From the NCBI GenBank assembly GCA_040954595.2, contig CM082580.2, positions 1,912,783 to 1,976,782 on the forward strand: a stretch of DNA of 64,000 bases, in the 5' to 3' direction. The notes beneath the pieces are model-generated. The model was not told the DNA's origin. It saw only the letters and a program-made list of their open reading frames with translations, and did not search any database. The translations under genes and the position numbers were made by a program. Source of the DNA: Balanoglossus misakiensis. Its lineage: Eukaryota; Animalia; Hemichordata. Every line of letters starts with the position of its first letter. Within the stretch, counting starts at the first letter, position 1. This document shows positions 12,975-24,825 of the stretch, piece after piece.

Positions 12975-13040
12975 CATGAATCGCAACAAGTCCAATCTTC
13001 CCTCTCTAGCTCCTAACTGGCGCTGCCTACACCTAACTCT
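12975..13040 (-). CDS. Putative exon (RVRCRQRQLGAREGRLDLLRFM)
   Basis: Acceptor cccatttcattcacag, donor G|gtaagt, 66 nt, phase 0 at both ends. Confidence 0.55.
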
Positions 13041-13753
13041 CTGTGAATGAAATGGGAAGAATTATTCATTATGGATTATAAAAGACACTTTCAGGAATTG
13101 CAGCATGGTGGCAAGTATCAAAGTCCTAAATGCTTAAAGTTTATATTTTGAAACAATGACATGGAGGAACAGGGTGGTGCACAGTACAAAATCATTATGT
13201 TATATATCCCTAACAGTGCCAAGTCAGTATGAACTGGTTTGATTTCCAGGGTTCCTAGAATCCAGGCTCCCAGGTCTGTTAGACTGCCAGGTGTGTGTTT
13301 ATCAGTACGACCTATACAAGACCCTCAGACCAATACAGTGCAAACCAGTGCGATTTGGTACATTTTATAGGGGGCTCAGACTGCCAAGTGTGTCTAAGTA
13401 CGTATGAGAGCCATGTCAAGACAGTCAAAATATGTTATATACTAGGTCACATGATATTATGGCCATTAAAAGAATCAGTTTTTTAGCCCATTTTACTTGA
13501 GAAAACTGCTGGCTGATTGTTGGTTGCCATGTGTGTATCAATTGAGAAGACTTTGCAGTATTGTTCAAGAGAGTGTTGGCAGTCTATGGTGTGACAATCC
13601 ATGACAAAATTATAACTCCGCATTTTGCTATTCTTATTTCTATTCAACATTCCATTTCTTAGTTCAAAATTTGATTTCACAATTCAACATTCCATTTTTC
13701 AGTACAACAATTCGATTTCACAACTTTGACTTACAGATAGTCAGATTGAATCT

Positions 13754-13896
13754 GGCGTCTGTGTATTCACGCATGTAGAATTTCTTCATTCAGAATTGGA
13801 ATTTTACATTGTCAGCATAATTGGGATTTTGCATAGTCAGCAACATTCAGAAATCTGTTCCAACAGAAATTCTACATGCGTGAATACGCAGACTCC
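13754..13896. repeat. Short inverted-repeat element (about 32-bp arms), MITE-like
   Basis: GGCGTCTGTGTATTCACGCATGTAGAATTTCT ... AGAAATTCTACATGCGTGAATACGCAGACTCC. Confidence 0.65.
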
Positions 13897-13997
13897 TTGA
13901 TAAAATTGTCATCAACTTCTCGGTTATCGGTAATATTAAACCCCAAACTAAATATATTTGTTTGAAAATTCTAAATTGTATTTCAAAATTAACATAC

Positions 13998-14065
13998 CTT
14001 AAAGCTTTCTTCTGTTCGCTGGAGCCGGATTGTTCTGAACTTTGCGGAATGGTATTCCCACATAT
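13998..14065 (-). CDS. Putative exon (MWEYHSAKFRTIRLQRTEESFK)
   Basis: T-rich acceptor ending ...ttttag, donor AAG|gtatgt, 68 nt, ends in phase 0 matching the next exon. Confidence 0.55.
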
Positions 14066-15704
14066 CTAAAAAAATAAATAATGAAATGACATCAAGGATG
14101 ATAAATAACAAATTTCATTATTTCAAATAAAGTGGAATCATACCACAGGTCTGTTTCCTCGTTTTCATGTAAGCTTACTTGCAAATTAAATATTGATAGC
14201 GGTGTCAATTGTCCAGGTCTGAGACAGTAAATTGTACTAGTTTACTGGTTATAATGAAGAATTACAGGCCCACCATTATAATCACAACTTGAAGCTGTCT
14301 AAGAGAGCGAACATTATTTATTTAGGGCCTGAAGAGGTGTTGGAGGAATTTCACCAGGCATATATGCATGCCAAACCAGGCCTGTTGCTGGATTATAACC
14401 AAAGGTGTAAACATACAGTTACTGCAGCCCCATCGCGACCATCGCGAAGCGATCGTGCCGTGTGCCTTTGCTCACAAGGTTAAACCTCGAGCTACGATAC
14501 GGTTCTGCAGTTGCGTTTGGGTTTAGTCGTGTATCACATCATATCGTGGCTGAAAACTGTATTTTACCTGTCTCATCATTGCTTGGACCATGACTCCTTG
14601 ATTCATCTCGATATGACTCGAGTGGAATCCACAATAAATCAATATAATATTACTTCTGGTCGATGCACCGACACTCGAGTGTCATGGCGCTCGAGTGTTT
14701 TTTTGACAGGCCAAAGGTCAACCCTGTTGAGGGCGTGCTCCGGTTATAATATTATAATACTGTACTATAAAAATAACTTTCAAGGTGAAAATGAACTGCG
14801 GACGGGAACGTGGGCCTGCACTGGTCGATACCATATTATTTATGGGATTGTCAATGCCGACAACCTAGTTTAACATGTGTGTCTGCAAAATAGTCCGAGT
14901 AAGGCTACAAAGTGAAACGAACTGCACCACACAGTCATTGCAGCTTGTTCAACGCCAGAAAATTAAAATACAAACAGCTGGCAGAAAACTTGGTGTGTTT
15001 TCGTTTGGATATTCTAAGAATGGAAAACATATCGCTCGAGGGCACTAGCTGAGCTCCGTCATCATTCAGTGTATGTGAAAAATAGCCCCAAAGTATAGAC
15101 AGTGACACTATAAAAATAATGGCGGCTGCACAGCGAAAGCCACTAATAAATATTTCCAAAGGTGGTTAGCAGAAAAGTGGAGTTCGCTCATTTGTCAATT
15201 GTGGCAAATGCTGTAGACACGGAGCAAGTAGGCGAGAATACTAATGCGAGAATATTGGTAAAATTAAGAGTCTTGTCACTTCTCTTTAGAAGTTGCTGGT
15301 TGTTTATTCTCCTTACTAAGCATTTTTTCGATCGCTAATAAATTGCATGGGGTTAAAACGTGTTTGATTTTGAAATTCAAGGCCGTGAGTTTAGTCGATC
15401 ATAATGAAAATAAAAACTACCGAGGCAACAATTTTCCGTTTTCCCCATGGGTGAAAATATCTCGAAATTGAGCGCGTTGGCTATTCAATTGTTGTCTACC
15501 ATTCAATTTTAATTCATTTGACTGAGTTATGTGTAGACTACGGCAACCGAGAAGGCTCATGAAACAAGAATACTATTTGTGACTTTTTTTTTAAATTCTT
15601 GTTCGTTTTTGTGTTTATACTTAACATCTTAGCTTGAATTTTCTTTAACTTTGATTTTAACTTTTAATTTCTGTTTAATTTTAACTTTAATTTTAACTTT
15701 AACT

Positions 15705-16275
15705 TTGATTTCGATTTCGATTTTGATTTACGAAATAAAAAACGATCTAGATTTTGATTTTGATTTCCATTTCGATTTTGATTTCGATTTTGATTTACGA
15801 AATGAAAAACGATCTCGATTTTGATTTTGATTTCGATTTTGATTTCGATTTCGATTTTGATTTACGAAATGAAAAACGATCTGAATTTTGATTTCGATTT
15901 CGATTTCGATTTTGATTTCGCTTTTGATTTCGATTTTGATTTACGAAATAAAAAACGATCTGAATTTTGATTTCGATTTCGATTTTGATTTCGATTTCGA
16001 TTTTGATTTTGATTTCGATTTCGATTTTGATTTCGATTTTGATTTTGATTTCGATTTCGATTTTGATTTCGATTTTGATTTACGAAATAAAAAACGATCT
16101 GAATTTTGATTTCGATTTCGATTTTGATTTCGATTTTGATTTTGATTTTGATTTCGATTTTGATTTCGATTTTGATTTTGATTTCGATTTTGATTTCGAT
16201 TTTGATTTTGATTTCGATTTTGATTTCGATTTTGATTTTGATTTCGATTTTGATTTCGATTTTGATTTTGATTTC
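15705..16275. repeat. (GATTTY)n hexamer array inside the left TIR
   Basis: Direct inspection; mirrored at 20045-20680, with a short third copy at about 19083-19186. Confidence 0.95.
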
Positions 16276-18520
16276 TTTTTTTCAACCTTTGAACTCTGAC
16301 CGTTGTAGCTATCAGTTGTTCGTCGTCAGAGGGCGCTATTTCACCCCTTTGAAAGTTTTGGTGACGAATCATTGGTGTCATAAGACCCCTCATCGCGACG
16401 TAAAGCTGCCTTTCAACAAAACATAACAAAACCAACAACACATACGGTCAATTTCATGTTCAACACATCCTACATGACAGAAGAGACTTTTCCACACCTG
16501 GTTCAGACTTCAATATATTTATTTGCCATAAAAAAGGATGTTGTTAAAAATATAACAATATCTGAGATAGTCTGAGCAGTTGCATGATTCTGAAGAAAAG
16601 GTTAAAATTCGGAATAGGAATAGGTTACAGAATACAAATTTTTAAAGATAAAACCGAATTAAGGACCCACAAAGTAAAGCAAACAGGGTAAAATCAATTT
16701 GCTTGCAATTTTATGCAAAATGAAAAAGTTAACGTCTATGCAAGTCTGTACAAAAAAAATCAAAAGTCTCTAAAGCCCGCCAAACCCTTTCACCCTAATT
16801 TTCTGTCCATAGGTCCCACCATACCACTGACAACAATGGGGCCATACCAAATATTGGAGGGTGAAGGGGGGTAACAATCAAGTACACAACAGATAGCTAC
16901 AATATTGCACATATTGTCTGATTCAAATATACATATAGCTAAGCTAAGTCTCAACTCGCACCACCAAATTACTTTGTATTTGAAGCTGATAGGCACTCTT
17001 ATTTACGGAATTGATCAGAGTGAGAGACGCTCTGAATGAGTGTGCATGGGTATACACGTGTGTGTGTGTGTGTGTGCACGCATGTGTTTGTATACACATC
17101 ATGTGTGCAAAAGCTGATCTTGGTGGCGATTGTATAAGAAACCGACTGAATTGTGAAGGAAATACACCATGTCTTGCTCTCCGCTATTCCACTGCAATAC
17201 TACAGGAATAAATAAAAAAACAGTTTTGAGAAGCATTTGTCTTGGGAAAGCCTTACAAAGTGCTACAGATTCATCTCTGTAACAGTTTGACCAAGATGCT
17301 GCGCTTGGAGCACTGCTTTTCTAAACTGTTCACACCATCATCGTTACATCTTCTGAACAATTAAATAACCCTACATCTCTAACTATCTAACACAGCCTAC
17401 ATCTCTGTCCACAAAGTGCTTTGAGTTTTAAAGCTTGCAATTAAATTGCAGGTGACATACGAGTCAACAATAAAATTAAAAATACAAAAAACAGCTACAT
17501 GTACACAAACTCATTAATATTAATAAGCCAATGTCTTAAAAATGTAAGAAAATGGTCGTCCAGCAGCCATATTGGTTTGTATGACACAAATCAACATGCA
17601 TACATGTGTGTGTACAGTATGTCATGTCTTGTGGACCCAAAAGACATTTTCAAAGTTAAAAGCAATGAGTGGCCATTTTAGTGCTCTTTATGATATTTAG
17701 GTAATACCCTGGTACTACAATTGGCAGATATATACATTACCTCCAGGAAATGCCATGATCTTTCTGTAGATATTTAAGGATAGTTTTGTTATCCTTTCCT
17801 CGTATAACCAAATGTTCTAGGTACTCCGAAATATTCATACTATCTTAACACCTGCACAGGATATAAAAAGAATATTAAAAATGATTCTTTCCATAATTAT
17901 TTTTAGACCCAGGTAAACAGCAATGACAAATGTAAATGCATGGCAGAGCTACTCAAGGTTTTGCCTGGTTTGCCACATGTCATAGGGACTGCTCTATGGC
18001 GGTCACATTCACAATCGCGCCAAAACAAAACACTCTTACATAAAACTTAAATTGTAACTGAAACTTGGATAGGGCGATACTTCTAACCAACTGGTCCGCA
18101 GGTGATAATCAAGCTCTACAACGTACGTCAGAATAGGTCGTATAGCTAATAATTACTGGCCATACTCGTAGCGACACCCTGACTCAGCTAAAGACAAGTC
18201 ACTCAAGCTGATGTCGATGTCACTCAGTGGTCATTGAGGACACTGCAAATGACTTCTAGTTTGGGCATTTTGCATGAATTACGAGGCAGTTAATATGTTA
18301 CAAGCTTTAGAGTATTGTTTGGTTTGTTCAACCGACCCGCATTTCTGTCAACATTCTTTGAACGTGCATGTTTTGATGCGGAGTTGTGAGGCGCTAGCGG
18401 CGCAGCCATTGCTGGACAATCTCGAAATGTACTCGTAGGGTAGCTGCAGTACCGTAGCTCGAGGTTTTGCCTGGGCGTCGGACGACAAAACCGTCTACAG
18501 TACTGCAGTTACTCGTTGGG

Positions 18521-18551
<31 letters not shown>

Positions 18552-20044
18552 GTACCAGGACTCACTAAGCAAGTTCGTGACTTAGCCTAGTAGTACTGGT
18601 ATAGTATGGCAAGTAACCGGCTATGGCTGCGCTGCTAGCGCTTCACAACTCCGCACCAAAACAGGTGGAGGCGGCGCGGCCATTTCATAGCCGGACACTC
18701 GCCAAGTATGGCTAGTTCTTTACTAATCATCTCATGCATGTGCCTAGCTGCAGAACCGTAGCTCGAGGTTTTGGCTGGGCTTGTGGGTTGGACGCCAACC
18801 CACCCACATGCACAAACCCAGCCAAAACCTCGCGCTACGGTTATGCAGGTAGCAAGTGCCGGGCCCGTGATCATGCCGTCGGGACAAGATCGTTTGCTAT
18901 GGTCACCGTACCGACCTCCCTATATTCACGTGATTTACCCCGGCCATGCGAAATCAGAGAAGTTTAAACACTAAAAACTTACGTGATACGATATTTCTGA
19001 GCGAAGACTATCCAAAACTCGATGAAACGCGTCGCATCACGTCAACAACACCAACGCTTAAAGTTAAAAGGTTCAAAGGTTAAAGTTCAAAGGTTAAAGT
19101 TCAAAGGTTGAAAAAACGAAATCGAAATCAAAATCAAAATCGAAATCGAAATCGAAATCAAAAACGAAATCAAAATCGAAATCGATTTGCACATTTTATT
19201 TCATGTGAAAGAGTAACTAAATGTGCAATGATTGAACACAAAATATTAAAGACATTTAGACAAATTTATGCCAAAAACAGCTTTTTAATCGTATTTGACC
19301 TTTGACCTCTGATTTTCAGCTATCCTGATCGAGGATGGGGTCAACTTGTAGAGACAGGGACAATGGGACGGTATAACACTTGAAGCTACAAACAGCTTAT
19401 ACGTGCCTTAGAGCCGTACAGTTACATTTAACATTTTAATGCAAATGTTTGAGTAAATCCATGAATTTTATGTTAATATCATAGACTAGTTTAAAGGCTC
19501 TGACCATTTTTTAATTATTTTAGTTTGAAACTAAATAATATTTCATGTTATGGTTTTTACCAAATTATGTGGTAAATGGCCCATCATTCTATTGGTATGG
19601 TCAGAGAATCACCTGTAAGTCGCAACATAAAACTGTCATTATGATCCTCCTTAAGACTATACATGTGTATTGTTTTGCTGATAAAGGACAGTGGCCTCAC
19701 ACTTTACACAATGTTTAACCAGGAAGTAACGCACGGTCGCGAAGGGAGTATATTTTTCGTCGGCGATTTCCATCCGTGGCGTGATTTTTCCAGCTAAATA
19801 TAGGATATTTTAATTTCGATTAGTTTAATTGAGGTAATATTTAAGTCTACTGTCCAAAATTGAAGTTTTAAAGTGGATTACGTATTTTGTCTGCTACGTT
19901 CCACGCCAGAGTTTTGTCTGCTGGGATTTGTCTTCCCACTTCCGAGCCGATTCAACAATACTGGATATTTGCATAAAGCCTTTTTTATTGGTCCACAGGT
20001 ATCATGTGACAATCACGAAGGTCAAAGTTCAAAGGTTGGAAAAA

Positions 20045-20680
20045 CGAAATCAAAATTGAAATCAAAATCAAAAACGAAATCAAAATCAAAATCAAAATCA
20101 AAATCAAAATCGAAATCAAAATCGAAATCGAAATCAAAATCAAAATCAAAATCGAAATCAAAATTCAGATCGTTTTTTATTTCGTAAATCAAAATCGAAA
20201 TCAAAATCAAAATCAAAATCGAAATCAAAATCGAAATCGAAATCAAAATCAAAATCAAAATCGAAATCAAAATCGAAATCAAAATTCAGATCGTTTTTTA
20301 TTTCGTAAATCAAAATCGAAATCAAAATCGAAATCGAAATCAAAATCAAAATCGAAATCACAATCGAAATCAAAATCAAAATCAAAATCAAAATCGAAAT
20401 CAAAATCGAAATCGAAATCGAAATCAAAATTCAGATCGTTTTTTATTTCGTAAATCAAAATCGAAATCAAAATCGAAATCGAAATCAAAATTCAGATCGT
20501 TTTTCATTTCGTAAATCAAAATCGAAATCGAAATTGAAATCAAAATCGAAATCGAAATCAAAATCTAGATCGTTCTTCATTTCGTAAATCAAAATCGAAA
20601 TCGAAATCAAAATGGAAATGGAAATCAAAATCAAAATCTAGATAGTTTTTTATTTCGTAAATCAAAATCGAAATCGAAAT
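20045..20680. repeat. (RAAATC)n hexamer array inside the right TIR
   Basis: Reverse complement of the 15705-16275 array, with a different copy number. Confidence 0.95.
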
Positions 20681-21296
20681 AAAAGTTAAAGTTAAAATTA
20701 CAGTTAAAATTAAACAGAAATTAAAAGTTAAAAACAAAGTTAAAGAAAATTCAAGCTAAGATGTTAAGTATAAACACAAAAACGAACAAGAATTAAAAAA
20801 AAAGTCGCAAATAGTATTCTTATTTCATGAGCCTTCTCGGTTGCCGTAGTAGACCTAAACGTTCATGAAAATGACAATAGCAGACGCGGGTTTTCCAGCA
20901 ATCCTATGGGAAAAGACAAATTGAAAGCGCTTGTACAGATTGTAATTTATACTCGGTTGGCTGTAGCTCTGCGTACAGGTCTGTTATGTGTGTTCCCGGC
21001 GTTACACGGAGCTAGGTTGGCTGCTGTCTTCCACGTGGATCTATTCATGGTGTAAGGTGTGCCTCAATACTTTCTATTTCATTCGACGCTAATGTTTAGA
21101 CCATGTAATTAGTTCTACTGTATGGAGATAGTCAATTATAGAGGCCCTGGTCTGCCTTTAGGGTTCATGTAAATCATGACATTCTTATGATAGCAATTGG
21201 TCCGACTTGCTACTTTGAACCATGTATTGTTTTGGCATTGCTGCACTCAATGTCGAATACGCCCGGCTGCGATTATTCCAACACGTAGGCCTAACT

Positions 21297-21610
21297 CATA
21301 TTCCGTTGTGATGCGTAGAACACACTGGCCTGAGCGAATAAGAAAGTTTTCCGGTAGACTCTGTAGATCGACGGTTTGTTCTAAAATATCCATGGTTGCT
21401 TCCAAACTCCGTCTCGTTATTTGCATATTCCGTTGTGATGCGAATACACACAGGCCGGAGCGAATAAGAAAGTTTTTCGGTAGACTCTGTAGATCGACTG
21501 TTTGTTCTAAAATATCCATGGTTGCTTCCAAACACAGACTCGTTATTTGCATATTCCGTTGTGATGCGAGAACACACAAGCCTGAGCGAATAAGTAAGTT
21601 TTCTGGCAGA
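21297..21610. repeat. 126-bp satellite array, left part (about 2.5 units)
   Basis: Unit CTCTGTAGATCGACTGTTTGTTCTAAAATATCCATGG...; continues in register after the LTR element. Confidence 0.92.
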
Positions 21611-21898
21611 TGTTGTGGAACGAGGTTATTGCGTCATAGCGCCGATCATATCCCTCGACTCCCGAAGCATTCCGAAGTGTTACGAGGATGACGTTACATC
21701 CGGGATCCCTCGCTCTTCCGTCGGCTGCTTCACTTGCTATCCGAACCCCCAAACCGACCAGACGTGCGTATACGTGCTCATCCGGCCGATCCACCTAACT
21801 ACCACTAGTACCAGTCCAAGTGACTTCATAGCTACTTAGAGCTAGGTAGGTGTATCCTTACACTTAGCAACAGTATTAGTGTCAGTGTAAACACTACA
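21611..21898 (+). repeat. 5' LTR
   Basis: TGTTGTGGAACG...ACACTACA; I found only one difference from the 3' LTR by eye (GTGCGTATA versus GTGCATATA). Confidence 0.97.
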
Positions 21899-21899
21899 T

Positions 21900-21912
21900 T
21901 GGCGCTGCGAGT
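21900..21912 (+). promoter_or_regulatory. Primer-binding site, probably tRNA-Ser
   Basis: TGGCGCTGCGAG one base after the LTR; complementary to a ...CTCGCAGCGCCA tRNA 3' end typical of Ser tRNAs. Confidence 0.75.
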
Positions 21913-22923
21913 AAATTTTTCGAGCCTTTGCCGAGATTTACTCAGGTTTGCGTTGTGTTCCGTGCTCTTTTCACGATCACGCGCACCAACAATTTTTTTT
22001 CAAATAATTTTTTACTAATTCCGTGAATGATACCGATATAAAAATTAGTAGCACTAGATAGTTTTTATTGTTCTTCACTGAATTATTGTACTTTTTGTGG
22101 AATTTCCTCCCAGGAAATTTTTTTTTTTTCAAGAAAAAGAAAAAACCCGACCCAGTGCTGTGCACATCACGCGCGAAGTATAGAAAACGGTAAAATAGAC
22201 AAATTTTCAAGAGGCCGTAAAACTTTTTTGATTTTTGCAAAATAAAAAAATTTGGACCAGTTTTGAACATTTATAGTTAAAGAACTTTGTCCTGAAATTT
22301 CACTTTCTAAAAACGTTTTTTAAGAATTTTACGGCCCTTTCAATTTTTTTTTTTATCTCGACAACTGTGACAAGCTCGCGTATATAACGAGCAACAGGTA
22401 ACCGTAACTAATCACCGCAAAATATTCACGGTGACTCACAGAAAACTGGAATCATCATCTCCAGTTGTGTCTATTATTTAAAAAAAAAAAAAAATAACTG
22501 TGTTGTTGTTTGAAAAAATTCATTTTTAGAAGTTGTTTTACAAATTCTTTTTTCTCGTACGGAAAAATTCGCGCGCTTAGGGTCACGCGCACAGGCTGTG
22601 GTCGTTCGTTGCTTCTCTGACGTCACCGTTGTTCTCGGTATCATAAGAAAGCAACGAATTTTTGAAAACTAGTGCTACAAAATAATTTTTTATATATCAG
22701 GATCATTTCTATTCATATTCGATATATAATTAAGGCCAAACTAACATTTTATTTTTTAAATCAATATAGAATATTTATTGTTTTATTAGCTAGGGATTCT
22801 TTAAATAAATAAAGGGTACTAAGCCCGAACATTTTTTCCACTTTTAGAATAATAAGGGATTTAAATAGTATTTATTAATTCCCCGTTACACCCCAATACG
22901 CATAATTTGTGCTTATTTAAAAG

Positions 22924-24795
22924 ATGTCAGAAATAAACATCAACGAGTGCTCGTATGAGGAGTTATTAAAACTCCCAGGGATTGGCAAGCACATAGCCAA
23001 AAAGATCACACACCTCAGAAAAAAATTCGGCAGGGTAACCGAGGAAATGCTGCGCAAGCATATAGCGCGATTTCGTCCGCCGCAAAGATTTTATGACATA
23101 GTCATATTCGAGGACCAAACCGCTACCAACGAACACCAAAGCGCGAGCGAAAATGAAACTGAAGAAGACCGTACATACGCTTCTGATAAAGTAAAGGGAG
23201 ATACGGAAAAAGAGGATAATGGTGATGATAGAGCTGACATAAAACAGGACAAAGTCGTAAGGATGGAAAGAGAAAAACAAATTCATGAAAACGTAGCTAA
23301 AATCGTCAATCTAAAGAACGAACAAAGCGGAGACGATTTCGCTACCAACACCCGTCGAAATTCGGGAGTGAATAGACAAACCAATTTGACTTGGGATGAA
23401 AATTCCCGTGAATATAAAAACGAAGTCTCCATGAGAGACAGAGATCCGTATTCGCTTCGCGAGGATGACCGTGATCGTAGATACGAAAACCGCGGACCAC
23501 TCAGTAGAGTGAATAGGGAAAGTAGGGAGAGAACACCACGTCAACAATATTATTCAATAGATCTGACTCAGTCACCAGAATATGAACGAAGACGCCACAG
23601 CAGATCACCGACTCCCTATCTACAACCTGTATTTAGTGATAGCAGGTCTTCCCCTCGCGAACCCGACCATCATCATACGCCAATGTCATCTCGAAATATC
23701 CGGGAATTTGATCCCCAGGTCTCCGAAATATATCCATCCGGACATACCTATAGACGAGGATCCGGGAATGTTAATGGCGGCAACGGATTTGAAGAGCGAA
23801 CAACAAACTCTTTTCCGAAGCCGTCAAGCATTCCCAAAACATTAATTTATAATGGAACCTCAAACTGGAGAACCTTCAAGACGAAATTTCTCAAATATGC
23901 TAATGCTAGTCAGTGGTCAGCTGACGTGCGTAAGGATTACTTGTGTTGGTTTCTTGAAGGGAAAGCGAACGACTATTACACATTACTGGTCGAACGAGAT
24001 ACCAGTATCAGTTTTGACCATGTAATGCGGAAATTAGAACGCCGATTTGGTTTCCGTGAATTACCGGAGACCGCGCAAGTTGAATTTCAACAAGCACGGC
24101 AACAGCCCGACGAAGTTCTCGAGGACTGGGCTGATAGAGTACTATCGCTCGCGGTGAGGGCCTATAGTGATGTATCTGATGAACACATGTACAAACAAGC
24201 AGTAATGCGATTTTGTCAGGGCTCGACGGACAAGGAAGCTGGCCAATATATAGCCAATCAGCGTCCAAAAACCATCGAGGATGCGATCGACTGTATGCGT
24301 TGGTACCAGCACAACCATAAGGCTATCTATGGGAAACAGCGCAAAGAGGTGAGATATATCACCCCAGAAAGAGACCAAGAGGATGAATTGGTCTCAGTGC
24401 AGGCCGTGACGCGTCATTCGTCCATGTCAAATCAACATGATACACGAAATCACCAAGACATGGGTAATCGTCGACCAGCAAGGGACCATAATATTACTGA
24501 TGTAGTCAAAACCATGGAAAGACATATGGCCCAAGTTGAAGCCCAAATGACAAAAATGACCACTATGTGGGAGTCAGTCGACACGCAGATGAAACGTGTC
24601 GTCGGTAAATTAACAGAGAGGAGTCGATATACTAGCCGATCTCCTTCTCCAAACAGCAGGGGTTGCTTCCACTGTGGCAACATGGGACATTACAAAAGAA
24701 ATTGCCCTCAAATGTCTCCAGCAAAAAATGAGTCAGCAAGAAAACAAGTACAATTTGTCGAGGAAAACGACAACGGGTCGGCGGACGAGGCCTAA
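22924..24795 (+). CDS. gag: Gag with N-terminal helix-hairpin-helix motif, capsid-like region and CCHC zinc knuckle
   Basis: 623-aa intact ORF; ININECSYEELLKLPGIGKHIAKKI (HhH), YNGTSNWRTF..F and QQPDEVLEDW (retrotransposon Gag), CFHCGNMGHYKRNC. Confidence 0.93.
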   Translation: MSEININECSYEELLKLPGIGKHIAKKITHLRKKFGRVTEEMLRKHIARFRPPQRFYDIVIFEDQTATNEHQSASENETEEDRTYASDKVKGDTEKEDNGDDRADIKQDKVVRMEREKQIHENVAKIVNLKNEQSGDDFATNTRRNSGVNRQTNLTWDENSREYKNEVSMRDRDPYSLREDDRDRRYENRGPLSRVNRESRERTPRQQYYSIDLTQSPEYERRRHSRSPTPYLQPVFSDSRSSPREPDHHHTPMSSRNIREFDPQVSEIYPSGHTYRRGSGNVNGGNGFEERTTNSFPKPSSIPKTLIYNGTSNWRTFKTKFLKYANASQWSADVRKDYLCWFLEGKANDYYTLLVERDTSISFDHVMRKLERRFGFRELPETAQVEFQQARQQPDEVLEDWADRVLSLAVRAYSDVSDEHMYKQAVMRFCQGSTDKEAGQYIANQRPKTIEDAIDCMRWYQHNHKAIYGKQRKEVRYITPERDQEDELVSVQAVTRHSSMSNQHDTRNHQDMGNRRPARDHNITDVVKTMERHMAQVEAQMTKMTTMWESVDTQMKRVVGKLTERSRYTSRSPSPNSRGCFHCGNMGHYKRNCPQMSPAKNESARKQVQFVEENDNGSADEA

Positions 24796-24825
24796 GCTTG
24801 ACCCGCTCGATCATTAGGGGGCCTC
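24762..24825 (+). promoter_or_regulatory. Predicted -1 ribosomal frameshift signal (slippery heptamer plus H-type pseudoknot)
   Basis: G GAA AAC in gag frame at 24762-68, 6-nt spacer, stem 1 GGGTCGGC/GCTTGACCC, stem 2 GAGGCC/GGCCTC; the pol frame is -1 and open from 24732. Confidence 0.7.

Larger units (their letters stand above)
15539..20848. mobile_element. IS3EU-like non-autonomous DNA transposon with about 0.8-kb TIRs
   Basis: Termini TACGGCAACCGAGAAGGCTCATGAAA ... TTTCATGAGCCTTCTCGGTTGCCGTA; 6-bp duplication GTAGAC (15533-38, 20849-54); TAYGG termini with a 6-bp TSD are IS3EU hallmarks; no transposase ORF seen. Confidence 0.8.

Noticed and set aside
15888-20488. DFDF/SKSK/ISIL/NQNR ORFs
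   Set aside because: Translations of the GATTTY hexamer arrays in the TIRs.
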